A DNA stretch of 64,000 bases from Terriglobales bacterium (GCA_035501575.1 DATJVZ010000319.1:3841-67840); one strand, 5' to 3'. Counted from the stretch's first letter, positions 40,901 through 49,289 are shown. Numbers and translations are program-made. Notes: generated by a model from the letters alone, not told the origin.

Positions 40901-41464
40901 CGAGGTTAGCGCCGTGGGAATGTCCGGGTCATTGGCGTTGGCCCAGTGCTCCTCGCCGTTCACCATGTACTTGCGAATGGCCGTGTGAAATGCCTCTTGC
41001 ACCTGGGCCGCGTTGCCCGAAAACTCAATCACATTGCGGCCCTGGGCGATCTTGGCAATCTGGAATCCGTGCGTCTGCAACCAGGACGTCACAATTTGGA
41101 TATCGTGGTCGTTCGGACCAAACTGCTGGCCAAACTCCTCCGGAGTGAGCCACTTGTGGTAGTGCGGCGAAGCTTTGTCCTGTTGATTGTCGAGCAGGGT
41201 TTCGAGTGCTGCCTCTTGCTCTGGGCTGCGCTTCAGCACTAACAGCATGCGGTTCATCGGCAGATCGGGTGGGGCCGGTCCGCGATCGAATTGTGGTCGA
41301 GCCAAACGCTGGACGTTCCCTTTTAACACCGTCCGTTGGGTCTCATTTACTCTGTGGACGATACGCGAGGGCACAATCGGCGATTCGCCATATACAAGAC
41401 AAGAAAGAAGAAGACATGGAGTAATGCGCCCGGCTTTACAAATGCTCGAAATCCAGGCTTCCAC
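37979..41464 (-). CDS. secreted S53 (sedolisin/kumamolisin-type) serine peptidase with multiple Ig-like repeats
   Basis: Pro-kumamolisin activation-domain pattern (SPHYHKWLTPEEFGQQFGP...WLQTHGF), SGDSGAEGC, and catalytic-Ser block GGTSASTPSFAGIMALV. About 600 aa of Ig-like repeats follow. Confidence 0.85.
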   Translation of the reverse strand: MEAWISSICKAGRITPCLLLSCLVYGESPIVPSRIVHRVNETQRTVLKGNVQRLARPQFDRGPAPPDLPMNRMLLVLKRSPEQEAALETLLDNQQDKASPHYHKWLTPEEFGQQFGPNDHDIQIVTSWLQTHGFQIAKIAQGRNVIEFSGNAAQVQEAFHTAIRKYMVNGEEHWANANDPDIPTALTSVVAGVHTLHNFLKRPMIHVAEQKIPAKLEPQGAGKAPKVTFPGTPPVHALAPADYWKIYNVNPLLSANPGINGTGRTVAVVGRSDLFNSGADVNDFAGVFDFPSVQVNPIVDGADPGDLGGGEEAEATLDVTWSQSLAPGATVDFVVSAVTNTTDGVDLSELYIVDNNLADIMTESFGGCEADSTSTAAQYYETLAEQAAAQGITYLVASGDSGAEGCDNPGETTAVGPVSVSLLAATPFNVAVGGTIFNEDGQDSKYWSSTNNSDTLESALSYIPEDVWNESCTAAACGSDANIVAGGGGYSTFFPKPTTWQSGVTGIPNDGHRDLPDVSLTAALHDPYLLCLEGSCIPNSQGLIYFAAVGGTSASTPSFAGIMALVDQKMNGRQGQADYVLYKLAAAEKLASCNASNTSILPASTCIFNDVTVGNNAVPLKGGTESTGYQAGVGYDPATGLGSVNVANLVNHWNSITFQPTTTTFTSVSPTTITHGQSVTVKIAVAPNSGTGTPTGSVALMADTPTQTAVGVLPLASGTADQAISSLPGGTYTLTAQYSGDGTFAPSPPANSTSITVSQEPSTTVLSVFTLNQSFNFVPLSGGPYGSFVYLRADVAGQSSQGTPTGQVSFMDGTNLIGFYSLNSQGNTATPNFLNSPNGGTPTGLYTLSPGAHTITADYPGDASFNPSNSSPVSLTVTQAATRSAVSTAAAAQGSVLSATVSTSSGGTPPSGTVSFFVNGTQVGTPVTVHGVPALTTQTGTLQGAQASASYADSALTNGSYAVAATYSGDSNYLTSTSSSTTLSQQKDFEFSAGSKPAITIQSPGDSGSLTLTVTALDGYNGTINFSSSSCSGLPAGAKCTFKPAAVTGGGSTVLTVTTTGTTGQLMTPVRRPFWWVATTGVGIAGIFLLGGCSRRRIETLLALTICAFSITAIGCGGGNGGGTTSPTPPSSPTAVGTSTVVVTATSGTLKHTLSFKLAVE

Positions 41465-41684
41465 GGAACTCTCCCGAAGCTATCTACCGACCAACCGCTG
41501 CCCCGACCGCTTCCCCGGCGTCCTGGACGCGCTTCCGTCGTTAGAGGATACCGTGGTCAACGGCTGGAATGGATCATAACTTAAATCCTGAGGTGCGGGG
41601 GGTTACCTGCGTTCATACAACCCCTCTCGGAGCTAATTGACTTTCGGCTCAACCGGGTAGAGAGGCGGGTTCAAAATCAACCCC

Positions 41685-41725
41685 AAAAAAAAGCGCCCCT
41701 TGACCCCATATGGGTCATGGGACGC
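41685..41725 (-). terminator. strong rho-independent terminator (minus strand)
   Basis: Minus strand reads GCGTCCC-AT-GACCC-ATATG-GGGTC-AA-GGGGCGC followed by TTTTTTTT. The one non-Watson-Crick pair is G-U on the minus-strand RNA but C-A on the plus strand. Confidence 0.6.
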
Positions 41726-41893
41726 CTGAACAGCCCTCCCCCAGAACTGCTCAAAGACACGATACCGAGGACCGTAAGAGCCGTAAATCCCCCGGTTGTG
41801 CCACCCGATAGCACCACCTGGCCATCGAGTCGCAGGCCGAGCGAACAGTGGAGTGGATGTGCCGACGAATGGGGGCGAGTTCGTAATCCCCAC

Positions 41894-42388
41894 TTATTTC
41901 TTGACCAGGGCGGCGATGCAGTTGATCTCCACCAAGGAATTTCCCGGCAGTGCGGCCACGGCGACGGTGGTGCGGGCCGGGCCGCCATTCGGAAAGTAGC
42001 TCTTAAAAACCTGGTTCATACCGTCGTAGTACTTAATGTCGGCGAGGAAGACCGTGAGCTGAAGAATGCTGTCCACGGTGCCGCCGCCGGTCTCAACCAG
42101 CTTCTTCACGTTGTCCATCACGATGGTCGTGTGATGTCCAATTTCGAATTGCTCTGCAGGACCGGTATCGTGTGCCCCTTGCCCAGCCACGTAGATCAGG
42201 CCATTGTGAATCACGATCGGCGTGATCATCTGTTTTCCATCGGCGGGCTTTCCATCGCTGTTGAGCTTACGGATGTCCTGATCCGCTTTCGCGTCCGAGG
42301 TGCCGGCCAGTGCGGATCCGCTGAGACCAGCGGCGAGTGCGGCTAACCGAGCGGCGAAGTTTCTGCGCGTGAATGGTCCGAAATTCAT
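41894..42388 (-). CDS. RidA/YjgF-family enamine/imine deaminase with twin-arginine signal peptide
   Basis: TRRNFAARLAALAAGLSGSALA Tat-like signal. RidA core GLIYVAGQG and PARTTVAVAALPGNSLVEI. Confidence 0.82.
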   Translation of the reverse strand: MNFGPFTRRNFAARLAALAAGLSGSALAGTSDAKADQDIRKLNSDGKPADGKQMITPIVIHNGLIYVAGQGAHDTGPAEQFEIGHHTTIVMDNVKKLVETGGGTVDSILQLTVFLADIKYYDGMNQVFKSYFPNGGPARTTVAVAALPGNSLVEINCIAALVKK

Positions 42389-42686
42389 AACTCCCCCTGT
42401 TCGAAAGTGGTCGGAGTCTAACGCAATGTCGAAAACACGGTCAATGGCAAAAGCAACGATTATGTCTAACTCAGCTGAAGAGCGCGACAGCTCAGCTGAC
42501 CTACGGGTCGATTTTGAGCCGCATGTGGTCGAAACCGCGCTTCGTAGCCAGGCTCACTTCTCTCTGATCCGCACCAGAACGACCCCGTGGCCGGATACGA
42601 AGTCGCTGAAACTATCTTCGGAGGTGCCGCGGTCTCCTGCTTGAGCCAGATGTCACGGACACCGTGATCGTCCACCGCGCGACCCC

Positions 42687-44297
42687 TCAGCTTCGCCCTT
42701 CGGAAAGCGGCTTCTTGCTCATTTGGCCGTCCACCATACGCCAGATTTCGAGTGGATTGTCATCCTGCAGTTCCGGCGGCAAGGCGGAGTCGGGAAAGCC
42801 TTGATAACAGACCGGGCGGCAGAACCTGAAAATCGCCGCACTGCCTACGGAGGTCGAGCGCCCGTCGGAAGTCGATGGGTAAGGTCCTCCGTGCACCATG
42901 GCGTGACAAACTTCCACTCCGGTCGGAAAACCATTGAAGATCAATCGCCCGACTTTCTGCTCAAGGATGGACAGCAAATCACGGAAATTGCTGAGATCCT
43001 GATCCGTGCCATGAATGGTCGCGGTCAAATGCCCTTCGAGGTGCTGAGCCACTCTGAGCAGCTCATCATGAGTAGAGTGGCGAACCAATAAGGTAGAAGG
43101 ACCGAATATCTCCCCAGCCAGATCAGGCCCGTTGAGGAAGGAATGCGCATCGGTCTCGAACACCACCGCCCTGGCAGCGTAACTCGCCCCCTGAGCCAAA
43201 CCAGCCTCCCCCGCAACCACGGCAACGTCGTTTCTGGTTTTACGGTTGTCCACCGAAGAGCAATAGGCTGAGCGAATACCGGAGGTCAGCAGGGTGAAAG
43301 CGCCGCTGCTCTCAACCAGGCCCCGCAGCCGGTCGCGAAAGGCACCGACCTCGGCGCCCTCCGGTAGGACAACAATGCCCGGTTTGGTACAAAACTGGCC
43401 GGCTCCCAGGGTAAACGAGGCATACAATCCGCTTGCGATCTTGTCGAGATGCTGGCGCAACGCTTCGGGGAGCACAAACACGGGATTGGTGCTGCTCATC
43501 TCGCCGAAGAATGGAATTGGCTCAGGACGAGAGGCAGCGATGTCCATCAGCACCCTGCCCGCCGCGCGAGAACCAGTGAATCCGACAGCCTTGAGCAGGG
43601 GATGTCGCAGCAGCGCAACTCCCGCTTGCGTGCCACGGTCCAACAGCAAAGAAAAGACGCCCCCGGGCAATCCCGCTTCACGGATTGCGTCGGTGATTGC
43701 ATGCCCGACCAATTCGCTGGTACCGGGATGAGCGGGATGTCCTTTTACGATCACCGGATTGCCGGCCGCCAAGGCGGAGGCGGTATCGCCACCGGCAACC
43801 GAAAAAGCCAAAGGAAAATTGCTCGCGCCAAAGATCGCAATCGGTCCCAGCGGACGCAGCAGGGAGCGAATATCAGGTTTCGGAAGCGGCTGTCGAGCCG
43901 GGTTGGCCCGATCGACACGGGCCATCACCCACGATCCTTCTTCGACGACTTCGGCGAACAACCGCAGCTGGTTGGCCGTGCGGGCCAACTCGCTTTCTAG
44001 ACGGGGCTTGGGGAGGGCAGTTTCGAGCTCGGCGCGTTCCACAACTTCCTGGGCAATCGACTCAATCCTGAGCGCGATCTGGCGAAGAAATCGGCCTTTG
44101 TCGCGGCCTGAGACCCGACCGTAGGCCGCGAACGCCTGCTGGGCGAGCTCGACTGCCCGCGAAACTTCCTCCGGCGTGGCGGAAAAGAAATCGGGAGCCA
44201 GGGGCTCCCCCGAGGCAGGATTCAGGCCGCGGAATGCCTCCTCCCTGCCCTTGCCCGATTGTCCTCCGATGATTGAGCGTCCCACGAGTCCCGGCAT
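42687..44297 (-). CDS. lhpG: alpha-ketoglutaric semialdehyde dehydrogenase (aldehyde dehydrogenase family)
   Basis: 536-aa ALDH-family protein, N-terminus IIGGQSGKGREEAFRGLNPASGEPL. It lies in the Hyp operon. Confidence 0.8.
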   Translation of the reverse strand: MPGLVGRSIIGGQSGKGREEAFRGLNPASGEPLAPDFFSATPEEVSRAVELAQQAFAAYGRVSGRDKGRFLRQIALRIESIAQEVVERAELETALPKPRLESELARTANQLRLFAEVVEEGSWVMARVDRANPARQPLPKPDIRSLLRPLGPIAIFGASNFPLAFSVAGGDTASALAAGNPVIVKGHPAHPGTSELVGHAITDAIREAGLPGGVFSLLLDRGTQAGVALLRHPLLKAVGFTGSRAAGRVLMDIAASRPEPIPFFGEMSSTNPVFVLPEALRQHLDKIASGLYASFTLGAGQFCTKPGIVVLPEGAEVGAFRDRLRGLVESSGAFTLLTSGIRSAYCSSVDNRKTRNDVAVVAGEAGLAQGASYAARAVVFETDAHSFLNGPDLAGEIFGPSTLLVRHSTHDELLRVAQHLEGHLTATIHGTDQDLSNFRDLLSILEQKVGRLIFNGFPTGVEVCHAMVHGGPYPSTSDGRSTSVGSAAIFRFCRPVCYQGFPDSALPPELQDDNPLEIWRMVDGQMSKKPLSEGRS

Positions 44298-44308
44298 ACG
44301 TCTGAGAT

Positions 44309-45232
44309 TTACTTGGTGACGGGCGCAACATCGCGGTTCTCGGCTACCGGCCGATTCCGCAGGGCAGCGCGAATCAACGTTTGCGTCTCCTCCAGTTCCC
44401 TACCCTCCAACTCCAGCCGTGGCGGACGTACGCGAGGATTGCCCATACCCGCTTCCGCCTGTACCAGCTTAATCAGCTGAACGAATTTAGGAACGGTGTC
44501 CATACGAAGCAAGGGGAGAAACCAACGATACAAGGCGAAGGCCTTCTCCCGCTCCCCGTTCCGCGCCAGATTGAACAGATCGACCGACTCTCGTGGCAGT
44601 GCATTGGCGAGCCCCGCGACCCATCCCGTCGCCCCGACTCCGATGCCTTCCACAATGGCGTCGTCCACCCCCACAAACACGTCGATTTCATCGCCCAGTA
44701 AGGCCCGAATGGCGGAGACTCGCCTGACATCCATGCTCGATTCCTTGAGGGCGTCAAGATTTTCGTGTTCCTGGGCCAACTCCCGAATCTGCTGGGGAAG
44801 AAAATCCGTACTGTAGGCAACCGGATTGTTGTACAGCATGCAGGAGAGAGGTGTGGCCCTGAGCACCGCGCCCACGTGAGCTTTCATTTCTCGCCAATCC
44901 CCTACGTAGACATAGGGTGGCAGGATCATGAGTGCATCGCAGCCTAGGTCGGCAGCTGCTTTCGCCAGCGCGACCGCCTCGGAGGTGGAAGGCGCAGAGA
45001 TCGCGGCCACGGTCGGCGCCCTTCCCCCTACGGCGGCAGAACAGGTGCGCAGGATTTCAAGTTTCTCTTGGTGCTTGAGAGTCGCGGCCTCGCCCAGAGA
45101 ACCGAGGACTATGACACCCGCACAACCATGATCCAGCAGCCAGCGGCAGTGCCGGACCATGAACCCGCAATCCACGCTGTAATTCGGGTCGAAGCAAGTT
45201 GTGATTGCCGGCATTACACCCTTCCAGTTCAT
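44309..45232 (-). CDS. lhpC: DHDPS/NAL-family lyase, likely 1-pyrroline-4-hydroxy-2-carboxylate deaminase
   Basis: DapA-family fold (GVMPAITTCF, GVIVLGSLGEA). Positioned between the D-Hyp dehydrogenase and the KGSA dehydrogenase. Confidence 0.8.
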   Translation of the reverse strand: MNWKGVMPAITTCFDPNYSVDCGFMVRHCRWLLDHGCAGVIVLGSLGEAATLKHQEKLEILRTCSAAVGGRAPTVAAISAPSTSEAVALAKAAADLGCDALMILPPYVYVGDWREMKAHVGAVLRATPLSCMLYNNPVAYSTDFLPQQIRELAQEHENLDALKESSMDVRRVSAIRALLGDEIDVFVGVDDAIVEGIGVGATGWVAGLANALPRESVDLFNLARNGEREKAFALYRWFLPLLRMDTVPKFVQLIKLVQAEAGMGNPRVRPPRLELEGRELEETQTLIRAALRNRPVAENRDVAPVTK

Positions 45233-46521
45233 AAATCTCCTCCTACAAGGGCCTGGGGCTCCGATTCGGAGTGGCTCGCCATCCAGGCCATATGCTCCAT
45301 CTGCACCGGGAAGATAGGGGGACGCACGGAATCAGGCTTCCAGTGGAAAAGGAATTCCGTGGCTGGACCGCAAATCCGGCCCTGACAAGGGCCCATTCCA
45401 CATCGAGTTTGTAATTTGGCAGACCGCCAGGATTTCTGTAAGGCCAGGCGGCAGTAAGAAACATCTTCGCAGCGGCAAACGAAGGTTTCCGGGCGAGCCA
45501 AGGCTTTGAGTTCTCGCCGCAGGGAAAATGCGCGACGGAGTGCCTTGGCAAACCCTTCGAGCTTTTTGCGCTGCTTAAAATACGGGACCGCCTGTTCTCT
45601 GCGGCCAGCGGCTGCAAGCCCCGCAATTTTTCCTTCGATCAGCGACAACTCCAGCCCGCCGATCCCGGTGGGTTCACCGGCGCAGAAAATTCCCGAGAGT
45701 GAAGTCTCCTGAAATTCGTCGGCTTCGACGAAGGCACCGCGCATCTGGCAGCCTACCAGTTGCGCAAGCTCGGTGTTTGGCACGAGATGGAAGCCGCAAG
45801 CCAGGTAATCACACGCAACTCGTTCGCCGCGCGAAATCACCACCGCTTGTAGCTTCCCTTCACCTTGAGCTTCGATCGGCCAACAACCGGTTAGAAATCG
45901 AACCCCCGCCAATTGCCTTCTGAGAGTGAGCGCTTGCGAGCGCTTCTGGCTGTCGCGTAAAAGCGCCCCGCCGAAACCGAGCAAGGAACTCCAGCGAGCC
46001 TGTTCACAAACGGCAAGCACCACTGCCCCGTGCTGGCGCAACCCTGCGGCAACCGCGACCAGCAGAGGCCCGGTCCCGGCTATCACGACTCGCCTCCCGG
46101 CGATGGGTAGCCCGGACTGAACCATGGCCGCGAGCCCGCCCGCACCCATCACGTTGGGCAGAGTCCAGCCGGGAAAAGGCAGGAATCGCTCGCGAGCACC
46201 GGTGGCCAGAACCAACTTCCCGAAGCTGAGTTCGTAAACGTCCTCCTCGCGCTCGGCCAGCAACATGCCTTGGGCGGGATGATGAAAAACCCGCGTTCCA
46301 CACAGCACTTCGACTCCCGCATTCGAGGATCGCTCCGCCCAGCGGGCCGCGTCGGATGAGCCATCGGCGCTTTCACCGCGCCAGATTTGCCCACCCAAGC
46401 TCGGGTTGTCGTCCACCAGTCCCACGCGGCGTCCGGATTCAGCAGCGTACACACTGGCGGCCATGCCCGCCGGCCCTCCACCCACCACCAAGACATCGAA
46501 GGAGCGCGCAACCCTAGCCAT
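45229..46521 (-). CDS. FAD/NAD-binding oxidoreductase subunit with BFD-like 2Fe-2S motif (D-hydroxyproline dehydrogenase large subunit, HcnB/OoxA-like)
   Basis: FDVLVVGGGPAGMAASVYAAE dinucleotide fold, CRCEDVSY ... CGMGPCQGRIC. Confidence 0.78.
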   Translation of the reverse strand: MARVARSFDVLVVGGGPAGMAASVYAAESGRRVGLVDDNPSLGGQIWRGESADGSSDAARWAERSSNAGVEVLCGTRVFHHPAQGMLLAEREEDVYELSFGKLVLATGARERFLPFPGWTLPNVMGAGGLAAMVQSGLPIAGRRVVIAGTGPLLVAVAAGLRQHGAVVLAVCEQARWSSLLGFGGALLRDSQKRSQALTLRRQLAGVRFLTGCWPIEAQGEGKLQAVVISRGERVACDYLACGFHLVPNTELAQLVGCQMRGAFVEADEFQETSLSGIFCAGEPTGIGGLELSLIEGKIAGLAAAGRREQAVPYFKQRKKLEGFAKALRRAFSLRRELKALARPETFVCRCEDVSYCRLALQKSWRSAKLQTRCGMGPCQGRICGPATEFLFHWKPDSVRPPIFPVQMEHMAWMASHSESEPQALVGGDL

Positions 46522-46759
46522 CGATCCTCACGTCCATGCCCAACCGGCAGAGAATCTGACAGCCGCAGCGATGCGGCCTGCCATCCACGGTCACCCGGCA
46601 TTCAAAGCAGATCCCCATTCCACATAAGGCACTGCGCGGCTCGCCGGTCACAGAACTTCGGCAGCGAGAGTTCGCCATGGCCACCGCCACCGCCACCGTG
46701 GCCCCGCGGGGAACCACGATCGGCTGATGATTTACCGTGACTACGATGGTTTCAGGCAT
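46514..46759 (-). CDS. small (2Fe-2S)-binding subunit (HcnA/OoxB-partner-like)
   Basis: CGMGICFECRVTVDGRPHRCGC cysteine pattern. ATG 46759 overlaps the upstream stop by 8 nt. Confidence 0.72.
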   Translation of the reverse strand: MPETIVVTVNHQPIVVPRGATVAVAVAMANSRCRSSVTGEPRSALCGMGICFECRVTVDGRPHRCGCQILCRLGMDVRIDG

Positions 46760-47879
46760 GGATGCGCTCGGCGCCGATCCTGCCCGGCAAGTACGGCTCA
46801 ATTGGAATTCGAGACTTCGATCCCGTCAGCTGGTCGGCGACGAGAAATGCCGTCCCGAGAGAAGTGGTGATCCCCAGTCCCTCGTGTCCGGTGGCGAGAA
46901 ATATGGTCTTGTCTTGCGGCCACGGCCCAATATAGGGGAGCCTGTCGGGGGTAGCGGCACGATGACCCGTCCAGGTGCGAATCGCCGACAGCTCTCCTAA
47001 GCTGGGCATGTATTGCTGAGCGCGGCGCAGCATGCGGGAGAGCACTTCGCTGTCAACGCTGCTGGTTTCGGCGCGATATTGCCGCGAGGAGCCCACGAGA
47101 ATCTGTCCGGTGATGCGGGGTTGCACGTTGAAGGCGACCGAGTCGCTGGTGAGCGACTGGACGCTCTTCAAATATCCGAGTTCGACCAGCGCGTGGCTCA
47201 CGAATCCGCAATACCGCTCGGTGATCACCAAATGACCTTTTCGCCTCTTAACTTCGACCTCCGGCGTCAGTTCGGAAGCCCACGTCCCGGCTGCGTTCAC
47301 GATGGTGCCGGCGGAAAATTCCCGGCTGCCCGCTACGACGCACCCTTGGCCAATCCGGGAGACCGAGAGTCCCAGGTGCAACTCTGCTCCCTTCGCCTGA
47401 GCCAACTCCATCAACCAGCGCGCCGCGCACGGCGGGTACAGAACTGCGTCCTCGGGCACCACGAGACCCCCGGCTAAACCTGTCCGGAGATTCGGTTCCA
47501 TTCGCACCAAGCTCATCCCGTCGATGACTTCCACAGGGACGGCGCGCTGGCGATAATACGCTTCTTTGTGCCGGACTTCGGCCATTTCCTCCGCGTCCTC
47601 TGCCACCCAGATCGTGCCGCACTGCTGGTATTCGACATCCGCGGGCAACTCCGGGCTCAGCTCGCGCCAAAGCTGCTGGGAATATCGGGTCAGAGCGAAC
47701 TGCGCCTCGGAATCGCTCATGACGACGATGTGCCCCATGCCGGCGGCGGTTGCGCCACCGCCAACCGAGTCACGCTCGACCACGGCAACACGCAGACCAC
47801 GACGGGCAAGCTCGACGGCGCACGCCGCCCCGACAATGCCGGCCCCGACAACCACAACGTCGTATGTCGCTCGGCTCAC
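46752..47879 (-). CDS. lhpB: FAD-dependent oxidoreductase, D-hydroxyproline dehydrogenase catalytic (beta) subunit-like
   Basis: [26 protein letters not shown]-family fold. ATGA overlap with the epimerase gene. Confidence 0.8.
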   Translation of the reverse strand: MSRATYDVVVVGAGIVGAACAVELARRGLRVAVVERDSVGGGATAAGMGHIVVMSDSEAQFALTRYSQQLWRELSPELPADVEYQQCGTIWVAEDAEEMAEVRHKEAYYRQRAVPVEVIDGMSLVRMEPNLRTGLAGGLVVPEDAVLYPPCAARWLMELAQAKGAELHLGLSVSRIGQGCVVAGSREFSAGTIVNAAGTWASELTPEVEVKRRKGHLVITERYCGFVSHALVELGYLKSVQSLTSDSVAFNVQPRITGQILVGSSRQYRAETSSVDSEVLSRMLRRAQQYMPSLGELSAIRTWTGHRAATPDRLPYIGPWPQDKTIFLATGHEGLGITTSLGTAFLVADQLTGSKSRIPIEPYLPGRIGAERIHA

Positions 47880-48829
47880 GCTCGAATACCCATCGAAAAG
47901 GGGTCGCCTTCGTCGAGCAGCAACTCAGCCTCCGCATTCACGTAGGCCGATCCCTTGATACTGGGGTAGACTTGGCCGTTGCGAACGCTCACGCTGCCTT
48001 CGAACACGCTCCCTACTACGCTTTCCTGTTTCCAGACTTCGCCTTCCCGCAAGTGTCCGTCGGCATAAAGGCACGCCAACTTGGCGCTCGTGCCCGTCCC
48101 ACAAGGCGAGCGATCATAGGCTTTGCCCGGGCACAAGACAAAGTTCCTGCTCTGTATGCCCGGTTTTTGCGAAGGACCGAAAAGTTCAATGTGATCGATT
48201 TCCTGACCGCCGCTGCCGGTAATGCCCGCCTGCCGTAGCGCCAGGCGAATCGCCCAGGTGAACGACGTCAACCGCTCAACGTTACCCAGACTCAGCTCCA
48301 TCCCATGATCGTCAGTCAGAAAAAACCAGTTGCCACCCCACGCTACGTCTCCGTGCACGGTGCGAAAACCGGGAACCTCCAGAGGCACATGCGCTCGGTG
48401 GCGAAAACTCGCGACATTCCGGACCGTCACTTCACCCGTCTCATGCAGAATGGCAGTCACGGTGCCGACCGGCGTCTCGATGCGATGCTCTCCGGCCGCG
48501 ACTCGGCCCATGTAGCGCAAGCTCGCAAGCAGACCGATGGTGCCGTGCCCGCACATTCCCAGATAACCGACATTGTTGAAGAAGATGACGCCTGCGGTCG
48601 AATCAAGGTCCACAGGCTCACAGAGCAACGCGCCCACGATCACGTCGGAGCCGCGCGGTTCGTTGACGATGGCCGACCGGTAGCCATCATGATCTCGACG
48701 AAAGCGCTCCAGACGGTCGGGTAAAGGTCCGTTCCCGAGATCGGGGCCGCCCTCGACCACAAGACGGGTGGGTTCGCCTCCGGTATGGGAATCGATCACT
48801 CGAATGCGGCGATATCGCGACTCGATCAT
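47876..48829 (-). CDS. lhpA: 4-hydroxyproline 2-epimerase (proline racemase family)
   Basis: [12 protein letters not shown], and both catalytic Cys blocks MCGHGTIG and [14 protein letters not shown] at 48829; the 66 upstream codons look non-coding. Confidence 0.88.
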   Translation of the reverse strand: MIESRYRRIRVIDSHTGGEPTRLVVEGGPDLGNGPLPDRLERFRRDHDGYRSAIVNEPRGSDVIVGALLCEPVDLDSTAGVIFFNNVGYLGMCGHGTIGLLASLRYMGRVAAGEHRIETPVGTVTAILHETGEVTVRNVASFRHRAHVPLEVPGFRTVHGDVAWGGNWFFLTDDHGMELSLGNVERLTSFTWAIRLALRQAGITGSGGQEIDHIELFGPSQKPGIQSRNFVLCPGKAYDRSPCGTGTSAKLACLYADGHLREGEVWKQESVVGSVFEGSVSVRNGQVYPSIKGSAYVNAEAELLLDEGDPFSMGIRA

Positions 48830-49253
48830 GCCCCCTCGCGTCTCACCCGCTCGGCTAGAGCTGCGGAAGCCGCTATTGGTAGGCGTGTGCTGTCCCCCGG
48901 CTTTTCGGCCTCGACGATTCACCTGTATACAATATCGCCTCAAACCGGGGCAATGCGAATGCAGGCCCTTCCCTGCCTGGGATTGCACGGGTCGGAACGA
49001 AACCTGGCGCGACGATGGGCGGAGCACCCGCCGGGGCCGCTGGTCCGCTCGCGCCGGTTCTGGCGGGAGGAGAAACTAGGCTCCAATCTGTCCCAGACGT
49101 GTTCTGGTCAGCAGATCACAATCCGTGTCGAGGACGAAAAGAGTGTGCGTACTCGGGAAGGTCCCGATCTTCTTGTTGCCGTTGATCCTTAACTAATTGA
49201 AAACAAATGGCAGGGACGCCTCGCTGAGCCCTAAAACACCGATAAGGACCGCT

Positions 49254-49289
49254 TTGATCTTACCATACGGGGTATGGTATATAATGGGA
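49254..49289 (+). promoter_or_regulatory. putative promoter TTGATC-18 nt-TATATA with an embedded inverted-repeat operator TACCATAC-GGG-GTATGGTA (49261-49279)
   Basis: Perfect 8-bp arms flank a G tract. The hexamers are placed so that +1 would coincide with the A of ATG 49290. Confidence 0.5.

Noticed and set aside
41633-41893. 86-aa and overlapping 103-aa ORFs in the RidA-sedolisin spacer
   Set aside because: The translations are Gly/Pro/Arg-rich with no start context. They span the terminator hairpin, so the region is better explained as structured non-coding RNA or DNA.
48830-49027. 66-codon N-terminal extension of the Hyp epimerase ORF (similar extensions at 15907-16140 and 60496-60678)
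   Set aside because: The extensions are Arg/Ser/Gly-rich. The family-typical N-termini begin at the internal ATGs, and one extension overlaps the neighbouring divergent gene.
48785-49192. 135-aa plus-strand ORF between the Hyp operon and the rcnR-like gene
   Set aside because: It overlaps the epimerase 5' end in antisense. It has no motifs, and the composition is typical of non-coding high-GC sequence.
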